Part shown: positions 46,898 to 59,151 of the stretch, piece after piece
Layout: each line of letters begins with the position of its first letter
Numbering within the stretch: position 1 is the first letter of the stretch
Source of the DNA: Bugula neritina
Taxonomy: Eukaryota > Animalia > Bryozoa
Length of the DNA stretch: 64,000 bases
Assembly (NCBI GenBank): GCA_964035545.1
Contig: OZ037765.1
Location: forward strand, 33,541,504-33,605,503
Direction of reading: 5' to 3'
Made by a program: the position numbers and the translations under genes
Notes under the pieces: model-generated
The model's input: only the letters and a program-made list of their open reading frames with translations
What the model was told of the DNA's origin: nothing
The model's database searches: none

Positions 46898-49217
46898 GAA
46901 TGTCGCCTGAGTAGTACACAAACCAGTGTAAATCTTAGCCGGTCCCAAGCCCGGATAAAGACAGGGGTTCGGTGACAGGAAGAGCATCCGGCCAGTAAAA
47001 CACCCCAGCCCTAAACAGTATGCTTGAAAACCAACAGATACCAGACCATGATAGGGCATCCCCATGTTAAGCAATGCGCAGAGGTTAGATCACCTTGCTG
47101 ACCCTGTGAGAAGTATGCAAGCGAGGCTACAGAAGATCAGGATAGTGACCTTAAACATTGGTACGCTGACTGCTATGAGTCGAGAGATTGCTGATTTGAT
47201 GGTGAGGCAAAACATTGATATATTATGACTGCAGGAAACAAGATGGACGAGTGGGAAACCCGGAGGAAAGGCAAGGAACATAGGGGAAGGCATCAAACTA
47301 TATTACAGTGGAGGAGGAAGACCTAAGAACGGAGTTGCTATTTGCTTGAAAGAGGAATGGCAAGACAGGGTTATAGAAGTAGAGAGGAAGTCAGATAGAA
47401 TAATGAATATGGAGCTAGTGACGCCCCGGCAGACCTATAAAACCGTGTCAGCCTACGCACCACCACAAGGGTGTAAAGAAGAAGAAAAGGACAGATTCTG
47501 GACTCAACTCGGAGCAATATCGGACAGTATTCCCACTTCGGAAGAACTGATTGTTGCCGGAGATCTCAATGGTCATGTTGGAATAGAGAGAGATGGGTTT
47601 GAAAGATGGAATGGTGGCAAGACATGTGGAAACATTAATGCAGAAGGAGAGAATTTTGAACTATGCTAGGGAGTGCGACCTGGCACTGGTAAACACATTC
47701 TTCACTAAGAGTGATGTCCAGACTTACACTTTCAAGAGTGGACTGAACCAAACTGTAATTGATTACATCGGGATTGGAAGAGAAAGCATCAGCAAGATCA
47801 AGGACTGTAAAGTGATCCTGGGCGAATCCGTAGCATTTCAACACCGGCCTCCAGCAGTTGAAATCCTAGCCAGAAAGAATAAGAGAAAAGCCAGAATAAG
47901 AGAAAGCAAGATTAGCTGGTGGAAACTCAGAAAGCTGGAGGGGAAAGAGCTCTTGGGGCAACTGAGTGAGAAGCTAGATGAAATCTACACTGAGGAAGGT
48001 TTGCAGTGGGCATAACCTTATCCAATGGTCATGAAGACAGCCAAGAGATTCTCGGAGAGTCAGTGACAGGAAAGTACCTAGAGAAAGAGTCTTGGTGGTG
48101 GAATGAAGAAGTACAGTCAGCAGTGAAAGAAAAAAGAGAAGTATGGAAAGAGTAGAGAGAATAGTAAATGAAGAAAACAAAGAGGAAGCAAGAGAACGAT
48201 ACACCAGTCGGAACAAGATAAGCAAGGAAAGGTAGCCATAACAAAACAAACAGCATCATAAACTAGCTAAAACTAGACACCAGAGATCTAAGGATATTGA
48301 CAGAATACCTTTTGTCAAAGGCGTAAATGGAAAGATCCTGTGTGAAGACAAGCAAATCAAAAAGAGATGGAAAAACTACTTCAATGGCCTACTAAATAAT
48401 GAGAACGGGGAGGAACTGCCACCGCAGCTACCAGTGCAAGGATCAATACCGGAAATCTATAGTAATAAAGAGAGATTAGAAAGAAGGTTAGAGATCTGGA
48501 GAGAGAAAACAGAGGCAGCAGGACTGAAGATAAATAAAAAGAAAACCGAGCATCTGCCAGCAGTTGGAAACCAAGAAAACATCGGGATGAAGTATGGTAG
48601 TCAGGTTATAGAAAGCCTGCCTAAGTGTTCCAAATTCAAGTACTTGGGCACAACAATCTAACAAGAGGGAGGCTGCCAGAGGGAGGTTGAGCTGAGAATA
48701 TCCAAGGCTTGGAATAAGTGTAGAGAGCTGTCTGGTGTGCTCCGTGACAAGAAAATGCCCACAAAACTCAAAGTACTGATTTACAAAATTGCTATCAGAC
48801 CAACCCTACTATACGGAAATGAGATGTCATCATGTGAGATGCGCATGCTGCAATACAGTTAGAATGTCAGTTTAGAGGATCATAAGCCAAATGAGGAAAT
48901 AACAGCAGAAGCCAGAGTGATGCCAATTAAAGACCTGATGAGGAAAAGACGAATGCGGTGGTATGGACATGCTAGAAGAAGAGAAAGTGAGGAAGACATC
49001 CGCAGAGTGTCAGAGATGACAGTTGAGGGAGTTCGACCTAGGGGCAGACCAAAGCAAAGATGGTGTGATATGATAAACTCAGACCTTAGATGCCTTGATC
49101 TAGATGGCGCAGATGCTGAAGATCGAGTTCGATGGAGATGCCTGGTAGAACTTGGTATGAAGTAAAAACCCGCCACACACGCAGGACCACAGCGGTGAAA
49201 GGTGACCAAAGGTGACC
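46898..49217 (+). mobile_element. RTE-clade non-LTR retrotransposon: 5' end retained, RT core deleted, degenerate
   Basis: APE endonuclease motifs (TLNIGTL, LQETRW, SAYAP, IVAGDLNGHVG, TVIDYI), WWWNEEV, post-RT FKYLG and MRWYGHARRR..GVRPRGRPKQRW. RT core missing near 48460; short repeat tail (AAAGGTGACC). Confidence 0.9.
46921..46970 (+). ncRNA. Twister-ribozyme-like motif in the RTE 5' UTR (possibly inactivated)
   Basis: TAA-ATCTTA-GCCGGTCCCAAGCCCGGATAAAGACAGGGG matches the twister core (UAA...GCCGGUCCCAAGCCCGGAUAAA...GAGGG). Confidence 0.65.
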
Positions 49218-49454
49218 AGAGAGCTAACAGGGGGGGGGGGGGGTAAGATACAGTGTAATATAAAGAGTGTAGAGAGCATACAGAAAGTAAGATACAGTGT
49301 GATATAAGAAGTGTAGAGAGAGTATACAGGGGGTAAGATACAGTGTAATATAAGGAGTGTAGAGAGAGTATACAGGGGGTAAGATACCGTGTAATATAAG
49401 GAGTGTAGAGAGCATACAGAGAGTAAGATACAAGGAGTGCTAAACTGACCACTT

Positions 49455-51045
49455 AGCTGACTTGTGACTGAGGAAGCCTGAGAACTTGACACGTGGTGGA
49501 GATTGTCTAAGATGATGGTAGGAGCTCTATGCCACTGCTCTCACATTGCTCCTGCCTAAAACACAGGTTTTCCCTCAGCTCACTACTCGACTTGTGTTCT
49601 CTATCAAAAGTTGCAACACTTTGAGGCAGTCTCCGTTTACCAGACCTATAATAGGTATAATAATAGTTATATATTACACAGCTATATATCATACAGGTGT
49701 ATATTACACAGGTGTATATTAAACAGGTAAATAGAAGTGTAACATGTTGAGACATACTGTGAAATGCGGTACGAGGTGAGGTGTTGTGCTAGGTGAGATT
49801 TTCCTGTACTTCTGGGACCAGAGAGTATAATTATCCTATGTTCAGAAAGTAAACTAGGATTTCTCTGTATTATAGACTTTGGTATTCCAGTCTCAAATGC
49901 CAGAGGATCTACAGTGTGGTGTGATGCTCCTATAACCAAACACAAATTATATATATTTCATTAGAAACCAGAGATTTAGTACTGATTTTGACTAGTAGTG
50001 GGTTTGACTAATCGTGAGTGTGACTAATAGTGAGTGTAGCTACTAACCTTTGGGTACTATCTTAATGTTAGTTGTGTCCCCCACAAGATAGCCGTATGGT
50101 AGGAGTTCTGGAGACTCGCCATCCTTGGTACGGCAGACTTCACCTACGATGTAGGCTTATATACTCTCAGAGGTAAGACCCAAATTGGTACTCTGGTCTA
50201 TCATAGACAAGTACTGCTTGAATGTTCTCTTCACTAGACTGTCCAACACGTCCCACTTTGTCTTCCCTGTCACCAATATACTTCCTATCAGACAGTTGGG
50301 GTTCTACAGTATGATATATTACAGTATAATAATACAGTGTAATCAAAATATATGTGTGTGTGTGTGCGCGTGTGTGCGTGTGTGCATGTGTGTGTGTTAT
50401 ATAACACAGTATGATATATGATAAAATGTTGATAGTTCTAATAGTTGCAGCAGTTCTAGTAAGGTCCTGTAGCAGTGGTAGTGGTAGTAGTAGTGGTAGT
50501 CGTACTAGTAGTAGTAGTAAGAGTAACTCACCAATCTACTATCCTCTGGCACTACATTCACCGTCACTATCTTTCCATTGTCATTTTCAGACATGCGGTG
50601 ATTAGAGAGGAAGTCCAGCCCACTTTTATCACCAGACACCAAACGCCCTCTGGACAGGGGAGGTGAGAGACGTGGGACTGGCAGTTTGAGAGAGAGAGGT
50701 GGATAGGAGACTCATGCCCCCTGAGATGGAAGCTCCGGCACTGAGGGAGGAGGAGGGTGGCATGAGAAGAAGGGAGCTGCTCGATGTATTACCAACCATC
50801 CTGTGTAGTCGGTCATCGTCTGCCTTTAGGTAACTCATCTCTTGCTGTAAATAGTCAGCATCATTGTAACCCACTCCACTACTCACTCTAGTCTTCTCCT
50901 CACTCATACCTTACTAATGCAGTCAACATACCTTCATTCTACCCAGCTGCTGTAACAGATGTGCCGAGGTAAGAGCATCCAGTCTTATGTCTGTCAGCTT
51001 CATGTCTTTCTCTCTCAACAACCTCTTCATCTCAGCTATAGCCTA
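49455..51045 (-). pseudogene. Neuron navigator (NAV/unc-53/sickie-like) partial, unprocessed pseudogene
   Basis: Intron-separated blocks: LREKDMKLTDIRLDALTSAH; GKTKWDVLDSLVKRTFKQY..PELLPYGYLVG (in-frame TAA at 50157-50159); DPLAFETGIPK..EHRIIILSGPRSTGKS; VATFDREHKSSSEL; IILDNLHHVSS (frameshifted). No N-terminal or downstream NAV exons seen. Confidence 0.85.
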
Positions 51046-51289
51046 TAGCTATAGCCTCATCACAACTACACAAGAGATCAAACCGCTGTCAGCACACTAA
51101 TCAGTGAGATGGCAACACGTGCCTAGCCTGGTGCCCTAATGATTAGAAAGAGCTAATGGTAAGCTAAACACTTACTCAGTGTAAATGTTGTTGACTACAC
51201 TCAAACCCAGGACACTGTTTCGTGAGCCCATATTATGAGTAGGGTAGTGGGGGCACTGGCTGCACTCAACTCCGCATAGTGCATCGGAT

Positions 51290-51400
51290 TTTAGTATCTA
51301 CCTGCTCTCTACCTAGTGTCTACCTACTGTATACCTAGTATCTACCTACTCTATACCTAGTATCTACCTGGTGTCTGCCTAGTGTCTACCTACTCTCTCT
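51290..51400. repeat. Short degenerate tandem repeat (tacctagt(a/g)tctacctact..)
   Basis: Directly visible. Confidence 0.7.
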
Positions 51401-51411
51401 ACTCACTATAA

Positions 51412-51696
51412 CCCCTCATTCACATTTACAATATCGTACACCGTAACAGCAAATATCAGCCATTTTTACAGATGTCTGAGCAGTATGGTAGGATCAAACA
51501 CTGCTTGATTCAAATAAGTTGCGGCAGACTCCTATTGGACAAAAATATTTTTGCGTTAATTCATTGGATATAATTGTCCAATGAAGTGTCATAGATTGTA
51601 CCTAATAGCGGACTTTGAAAACTTCAGCCCGGACACATTAAAAAAAGGCTGATATTCGCTGTTACGGCGTACGATATGGTAAGTGTGAATGAGGGG
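51412..51696. mobile_element. MITE, PIF/Harbinger(Tourist)-like, copy 2
   Basis: TIRs CCCCTCATTCACA.TTAC.ATATCGTAC.CCGTAACAGC / GCTGTTACGGCGTACGATATGGTAAGTGTGAATGAGGGG, with a perfect TAA target-site duplication (51409-51411, 51697-51699). Internal similarity to copy 1. Confidence 0.9.
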
Positions 51697-52754
51697 TAAA
51701 AAGAAACAATATTTTCCTGTAATTTAACCCATCAATAAACGCATCAATAGTTAGTGTGGCCATGGTTTAAACCTCATTAATTTCATGCCATTTTAAGGCT
51801 TTCACAACCTAAAAGATGTAGGTCATCTGCAAGAGAGATGTTAGGTATATGAAATGAGTAGAAGTGCAAAAGTAAGCAGGTATTAGGGAAGGAAGAGTTA
51901 GTTGGTGTACTTTGACTTGCGATAAATCAATGTGATAACAGATGTAAATGTTAAGGTGTTTTTATTCCAATCTCACGGAAAAGGTATAGATAGCTAAATT
52001 TACGAGACACACAATATTCTATGAAATACCGCACATTCATTAAAACTTTATAAAACTCTAGTGTGAAGGGTGACTCACACTTTTAGACCATAGATGAGTC
52101 TAAGTTGTACAATTTTGATAAGAACCTTTTACTCTATAAGTTTATGCAACATAAAATACCCTCCACATATTCAACAGCTATGAAGTTTTGTTGAAGATAA
52201 ATTTTCTCAACAAATATAAAGAAAAAAGCTACTTGAGCTACTTTTCGTTAGCATGTTATAGGATTATTTGTGTTTCATCTTTATGTACAGTGATTTAGTC
52301 ATTTAACTGATAACTAATGATCTCACTTTGTTTTTTAATTTAATAAAACAGAAGTTTAGTTTGTATAAAAACAGCTTTCATTTGAATTCAAGTAATGATC
52401 ACTTTTTCCTCACCTCAGACTGCATAGGTAAATAATTGGTTCGTTTTAAACACCACATCAGTTGCACGTGACAGCAAAGCCAGCTGAGAGAAGAATCAAC
52501 CATACTGATAGATCAGTGGCAACTTGTGAGTGCGTCAGAATAGTTTCTTGTTGCGTGACTCTACAAATAAATTATGAATTTGAATATGCTAAAAATTTGC
52601 AAAAATTGATTTTAACAAAACACAATATTTATTTGACGTTATATGTCAAGTTCAAGTTGCTATGATATATATCAAATAATTTTTAGCTTTCTTTTTAGCA
52701 ACTCTGAAATAAAATGAAAAAATAACCTAAAATTGGTTAAATCCATGCAAACTA

Positions 52755-53182
52755 AAGAAAGAAAGAGAGAGGGTGAGAGAGAGAGAGAGAGGGTGGGAGA
52801 GAGAGCATGGGGGAGAGAGAGGGTGGGAGAAAGAGAGAGGGTGGGGGAAAGAGAGTGTGGGGGAGAGAGTGTGGGGGAGAGAGAGAGGGTGGGGGAGAGA
52901 GAGGGTGGGGAGAGAGAGAGGGTGGGAGAGAGGGTGGGAGAGAGAAAGGTTGAGAGAGGGGGTGGGAAAGAGGGTGGGAGAGAAAGGTTGAAAGAGGGGG
53001 TGGGAGAGAGGGGGAGAAAGAAAGGTTGAGAGAGAAAGGTTGAGAGAGAGAGAGGGGGGTGGGAGAGAGAAAGGTTGAGAGAGAGAGGGTAGAAGAGAGA
53101 GAGGGTGGGAGAGAGAGAGGGAGAGAGAGAGAGAGGTTGAGTGGAAGGTGTGGCGGAAGGAAACGGAGAAAGGAGGGAGAGA
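52755..53182. repeat. GA/G-rich polypurine low-complexity tract
   Basis: Directly visible (gagagagggtggga...). Confidence 0.93.
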
Positions 53183-56100
53183 GCTTGCAGACAAACACCA
53201 TTGACTTAAAATATGTTGATAAATACTGCAGCAAGTATTTCAAAATGATGCTAGCAAGTTCAAAGCTCACTATAACTTTCAAGATCAATAAAATATCAAG
53301 TTCACAAAACTCATCTGCGAGTAAAAAATAATCACAGAGATAACCAGGTATGTGGGAAGAGCCAGCTAATAGGAGTACCTTTTTAGATAAACTGCATGCA
53401 CAATCTGTGAGATAAAATGTGTCTTTGCTACAATTTCCTAAAAATAAACAAAAACAAATGCTAGTCATATAATTTTTTAGAGTTATTAGGAGTGCAATTT
53501 TATGACACAACATCCCTATTCTCTGCTGGGATTAGCAAAACATTTACTTTTTGGACCATTACTTTTCTACCATGTAAACCATAAACCCCCAATAAACGTA
53601 TTTTAGCAGAACTAACTTTATACTTATAGAATATTGAAGAATTTTACAATACATGTGTTTCATATAAAAAATTTCAAACTTGAATGACTAAAATCACAAG
53701 CGATTTATCAAAGTAGTAATTCTTGCATTTTAGCCATTTGTGGACTAACTTGGAGTTAATTTCTCTTTGAATAATGCTCTAAAGTCAATTTATTCAACTT
53801 AGTGTGTAGGCTACTAAAATCACATTTAAAATTTTAGAATAAAACAAAAAAATTGAACAAAGAAGATTTCTTCTGCATATTATTCATTCCAAAAACAGCC
53901 TTGGACTTTGCTGCAAAACTACCTATTAAATTAGGCATTGCAATACTTTCTGAATTATAACCTACAGTTATGAATACTGTTATTATGCTGGTATATCAAA
54001 ACATAACCAAAATTCTTAGTGTTTGCTAACAGCATGGTCTAGGCCCTAGGAGTTAGAGTGTACCAGTACTCAGTAGACTGGAATAATTCTCAGTCCTGCG
54101 TTACATCATCAAACCACTTTGACTAAAGCTGCTAGACAGATAATGAGAACTAATTACAACACATCTAAAATCTAGCATATAATTAATAAAGATGACGCTG
54201 GCAACATTTTTTCTTATCATATCGATAGCAAATATTGCTCACTACAAATTTAGGAAAAATTTCTTTCATCCATTACATAATAATCGAAATCAATTTCATT
54301 TATTCAATTCAAGAATTGTAGCTAGCCTCTCGATTTGCCATCTTTTTTCCAGTCCAGGTTCAAATGACACCTTGATCATTTCAAATATCCATGCAAGCTT
54401 GAAAATATTGAATAAAGCATAAAGACAGTAACAGCTTTAGATCAAAATTGTTGGCCTCAGCTCTTAAGCTAAGACACAGATGCACTGAAATATGAACAAC
54501 ATTAGCATACTTTTCACTGTCACAAAACTTATTTTATGCGCATCAGACATTTTAAGGTCAATCAAAACCAGGCAAAGTTCATCATCATATTGCTTACTGC
54601 TTAATGCTGCAGTTTATTTTTGCTTACCAAGTTTCTTCCTGCAGAAGAATTGCAGCTAGCTTCTCATTTTGCCATCTTTTTTCTAGTCCAGGTTCAAATG
54701 ACACCTTGATCGTTTCAAATATCCACGCAAGCTTAAAAAATATTCATCAATCACTACAACAATAGAAATACTTACAATGATCTAAATATTACTATTCCAT
54801 TACTATAACATTACACAGTAACATTATGTTTATAATTGTAATATTGAAACATGATTTTGTGGTAGTTTGCTATGTGTAGCAGAACTTAGAAAAATCAACT
54901 GAAAACCGAAAGAAATAATTAAATGAAACTAATTAAAGTGAATGAGCTCACTGAATAGTAATTAATTCAGTATACTTAGTGAGTTTTATTTACTTCCACT
55001 AGGTTTACTTTCATGATTAAATGCTTCTGTCCACTTTTCAGTTTATAGGAATGTACTAAAAGTGAAACTAATTATAGTTACTATTATCTTATCTAGTTTT
55101 GGCTATATATTATTCATGAATATAAACATAGTTATATGCAAGTTTCTATTGTGACTGCAGATATCAAGGCGGTAGCTGAAAGCAGACTTCATTCTACTTC
55201 AAGTTTCAAACATTGTCCAAGTTCAAAGACTAACAAGTGAATGGTTAATAACTGTGAAAGTTGCAATAAGTTACTTTATTATTAAGTAACATACGACTGA
55301 TTCTATACTGTCTATGGTCCTATGGTATCTGTATTAAACTAAAACATAATTATGAAAAACAAAAGTTGTATTTTGGGGGGAGACTTAAATTATAATAATT
55401 AAATTAACAGCTTAAAATAGGCGAATTAAACCATGATTGCAATTTTTATCCATTTATCCTTATAATTATATTTATTCTTTATTCTGAGAGTTGACCCAAC
55501 ACTGGTCACAAAACTAAAAGTAATTGATTGAGTATGATTTATTCTTACACACTTTTACCATTATATTTAGTCATACTGAGTTTCAGTCAGCCATAGTGAT
55601 TATTACTATATGAAAATGACTTTGACCTAGTAGGAGTCATAATTTTAGTGATGGTGTTGATAAGCCAACAGTATAGGGTTAAAACAGCACTAGACTAATA
55701 CTACATCAAGCTTTCAAGTTTAAGTTAGGGTAACTCTAAGACTAAAGAGTAATCATGTAAGCAAAGAGCAATGAGTAATAAGCAAGCTATTCAATTTCAG
55801 GTTTCACTATTACTATATTGAATACTACATGTCTTTTAATAAAATTATGTAGTGGGTGAGTGAACTATACAATCAAATGGGGTGTAAATTTTGAGCAATA
55901 ATGTTAATAGAAATAATATTAGGAGAGAGGTTTCCAATTATTAGTATGTGAAACCAAATGAGAATGGATAACTACTATTACTATTATTACATCTACTTCA
56001 AATTTAGTTTTACCAGTTTGTATTATGATTATCTTACTTCGAATTGTAAATTATAATAATTATAACATTCCTAGTAGTAATGGTATATTTATATTAGTAA

Positions 56101-57432
56101 TTAATATTTATATTAGTAATTTCATTTACTTCAAAAGGTTTGTTTATTAAATTATTCTAAACCCTAATAACAGTAATCTTAATATTAGTGATAATCAATT
56201 ATGCCCATCACTGCCCCCAAAGTCCTATCAGTATGACCATTACAGTGTAAACCGAGAGGTGAATGTGAAAAGGCACTGCAAAATAGAACATGGGATGGAG
56301 CATGGGATAAAGGTAGATATGAGATATCCATATCAAGATAAAAATATTGATATTGAATTTGATAATCATAATTATTAATTATTATATAAATAAATATCAA
56401 TATGAATATGATAATATTAATAAGTATGATGATCAAAAATAACTATTAACAAAGAGTTCTCAAATTACTATTAATGAAATCAAAGATCTTATTTACAAAG
56501 ATATAATCATATTTGTTATTGAATTCAAGTCAATTATACTAATAGCAATAGTAATATATATAGAAAAAAAGAAACATTTTAATTAATTTCTTGAACCGTT
56601 GACTTTGACTTTGAGTAGGAGCAAAATAGAAATTAATTTGAACTTGAAGACAAAGAGCCAAAAAAATACTAAATCGATATTTAAAATAATTTTAAAAATT
56701 ACTTATTTTTAATCTTAGTCACTTACAGTCAGTTTTAGTTTAATTTTTACGACTTTGTCTTTAATTTCAAGTTCATTTTGACAATAAAATTTAAAACTTA
56801 AAGTAAAAATATCAATATGAATATGTATAATTCAAAATTTCAAATTGGTGCAACTGCAAGTAATACTAATAGTAATACTAATAGTAACAACTGAAGCTTT
56901 GTAATACTATTTAAGTATTTTAAATTATTGGTATGATAGTCACTATTACTATTACTATTATTATATTTTGACTCATAGCTGTTGCATGTTATGAATTACC
57001 TGCCAGTCCCGTTGAGTCTCACAGATATATTAAATTTAGGTATAATGGCCCGCCAGTCTATTACTAACACTTAGTCGTGATTACACTATGATCTTCAGCG
57101 CACGTTGTTTTCCTGCTCTCTACTCTCTACACTCTACAGTCTACTCCTACCTCTACTCCGAGGTAGGGTGCAATATAATTATTAGCTATAAAACAAGAGA
57201 GGGTAACTACCAATAACATAATAATTATAAACTGAAATGATAGCGATACTGATCGATGGGGACAATCTTAAGCAATAGCATACCAATACCATTACATTTA
57301 GTTTTACTGCATTCAACCTAATAATTGTAATTTAAATTATGAGCTGTATCTCTTAAAACAGTTACCATGCAGCAGCTTTTATGTAATTACGGTATAGGTA
57401 GATGTTACAAAATATAGACTATTATATAGTAC

Positions 57433-57784
57433 TGTAGTAATTTGTGCAATTACTGAGCGTGAGTTATTTACTTGCGTATAGTTAGCTGGTTATTCTGTTA
57501 TCAATTACTAAGGTAGCTGTCGAGTAATTATATTTATTATCCACAATAAAGCATAAACCAAACATCACATCAAATTATCCTATACAAGAGTCAACTACTA
57601 ACACATGTTACTACTACAAGCCTCTGCTTACAACAACGTGATATAATGTTAATAACCCGGGAAGTGTCACGTGAATCGGAAGCATATCTTCCGGAGCTGC
57701 TAATTGGTTGCTACATAAGAGTCTAAGTATTCCAAGAGTAGGGAGAGGGCGATTCCTGTATTTGTACTTGCACTACTCACTACA
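57433..57784 (-). repeat. 3' LTR
   Basis: Direct repeat of 62345-62696; preceded on the minus strand by the G-rich PPT GGGGGGGACGG. Confidence 0.96.
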
Positions 57785-58075
57785 CCGTCCCCCCCAGCAG
57801 AAAGCCCTACTTTCTGATAACACAATAAAAAAACATAATGAAAAACCATACAATAATCCAAAAAGGAAAATATATATAAGTAAACCCACAAAGAGTAAGA
57901 AAAGAAATAGTTAAACATGACAACGTTTACATTAGAAGACAACAGGGTGATCGATCACACACATCTAGTCAGCTATTAAGAGAGAGGGTGCTTACCAGCA
58001 CGCGGGCCAATGTCGGAGCGCTCGTCACATTCCAAACGAGCTATAGCTCAACGAAGGTGCCTACCCCAGGCATTC

Positions 58076-58789
58076 TCATTGGTTAGACTCTGCTTCTTGT
58101 AGCGACCGTGCTCTGTGTCGAGCCTGTCGGGCCCGTAGCCGCCTCTTCAGTCGCCCTACTGAGTCCTTCAACTGGTATAGACCTGTCGTCGTATCCAGCA
58201 AGTCAGGGGCAAGTTGTGTGAACTCGGCTTGCAGTCTTAGAAGCCGCTCTTCTACGTTAGCCAGCTGGCTAGGCCTTGGTGGGGTTATAGGGGTCTCCGT
58301 TAGACGGGATATGGTTGTTTCTTCTACTTCTGGGGTGTTGCTAGGGTTGACGGGGGTAGGAGGTGGGCCCTGAACCATAGGGGACTTATGGCGGGCAGAT
58401 AGTAACAGTACGTGAAACCCTGACGTTAGTGCGGCCAGGGTAATAGCCTTCCTGATGACTGGCTTGATGGCATCCAGGTATAGGGGGAAACTGTCTTCAT
58501 CAACAGTGTGGTTCTCTCCGGCGAAGCAGCTTAGCTTATGTACTGTCACGGGATACGGGTAGACGTCGTGGAACCCGCAGGGACAGAAGTGGAGTAGGAA
58601 ATGGGCGTCTACATGTGAACGCAGGGAGCGGTGTGACGGGCACTCCTCAAAGCAGACCTGGCAGGTTCGGTGTGGTCCACTGGGTCCCCAGGCTTCTTCA
58701 ATTCTCCTCTCTGTCGTGGGTGACACCCAACGGTGTCGTCGGCGGAGTACTACGGGTATGCCATTCTCCATTACAGGCTCTTCTTCCAT
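58076..58789 (-). CDS. Extra retroelement ORF: C2H2-like zinc finger + C-terminal coiled coil
   Basis: CQVCFEECPSHRSLRSHVDAH, then CPCGFH..H..C. Heptad-like LANVEERLLRLQAEF..LKDSVGRLKRRL. No signal peptide or TM segment. First ATG (MEEEP) at about 58789. Confidence 0.7.
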   Translation of the reverse strand: MEEEPVMENGIPVVLRRRHRWVSPTTERRIEEAWGPSGPHRTCQVCFEECPSHRSLRSHVDAHFLLHFCPCGFHDVYPYPVTVHKLSCFAGENHTVDEDSFPLYLDAIKPVIRKAITLAALTSGFHVLLLSARHKSPMVQGPPPTPVNPSNTPEVEETTISRLTETPITPPRPSQLANVEERLLRLQAEFTQLAPDLLDTTTGLYQLKDSVGRLKRRLRARQARHRARSLQEAESNQ

Positions 58790-59151
58790 AGACAGAGAGG
58801 TTGGCTGGTCCCGTGACCGGGAGGTGGTCACTCGAGTGTGATCTGAAAGAGTAGCAGTGTTAAAGATTATACACTGAGACACCGTCGGCGTGTACAGCCT
58901 GACCGGTACTCTGTTCAGTTACACTCGTGAGATTCAGGCTAATGAATAGTTGATGGAGAACACACTCGCTATGACAGATTATTTAAAATCAAAGTCGACG
59001 TGTATTCCCACCACTGTTTATCATTATCGAATCACCAGCTAGCTAGTGTAGCTAAGCTGACTGATGCAGTCTAGTTATCGTACCAAAAACATAATTAACT
59101 CACCCTTCGATCCAGAATAGTAAGACATTTTGGAATGAGAGTGGTAACTGA

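Larger units (their letters stand above)
46079..49437. repeat. About 44-bp minisatellite (gtaagatacagtgtaatataaggagtgtagagag..tacag) split by MITE and RTE insertions
   Basis: The same unit occurs at about 46079-46120, 46806-46897 and 49218-49437. Confidence 0.85.

Noticed and set aside
49455-51045. Functional NAV gene, or NAV exons as the N-terminus of the Roco-caspase
   Set aside because: In-frame TAA, a frameshift near 49520 and missing flanking exons.
58076-58882. env gene / endogenous retrovirus
   Set aside because: No signal peptide, furin-plus-fusion-peptide arrangement or TM anchor; a zinc-finger pattern is present instead.
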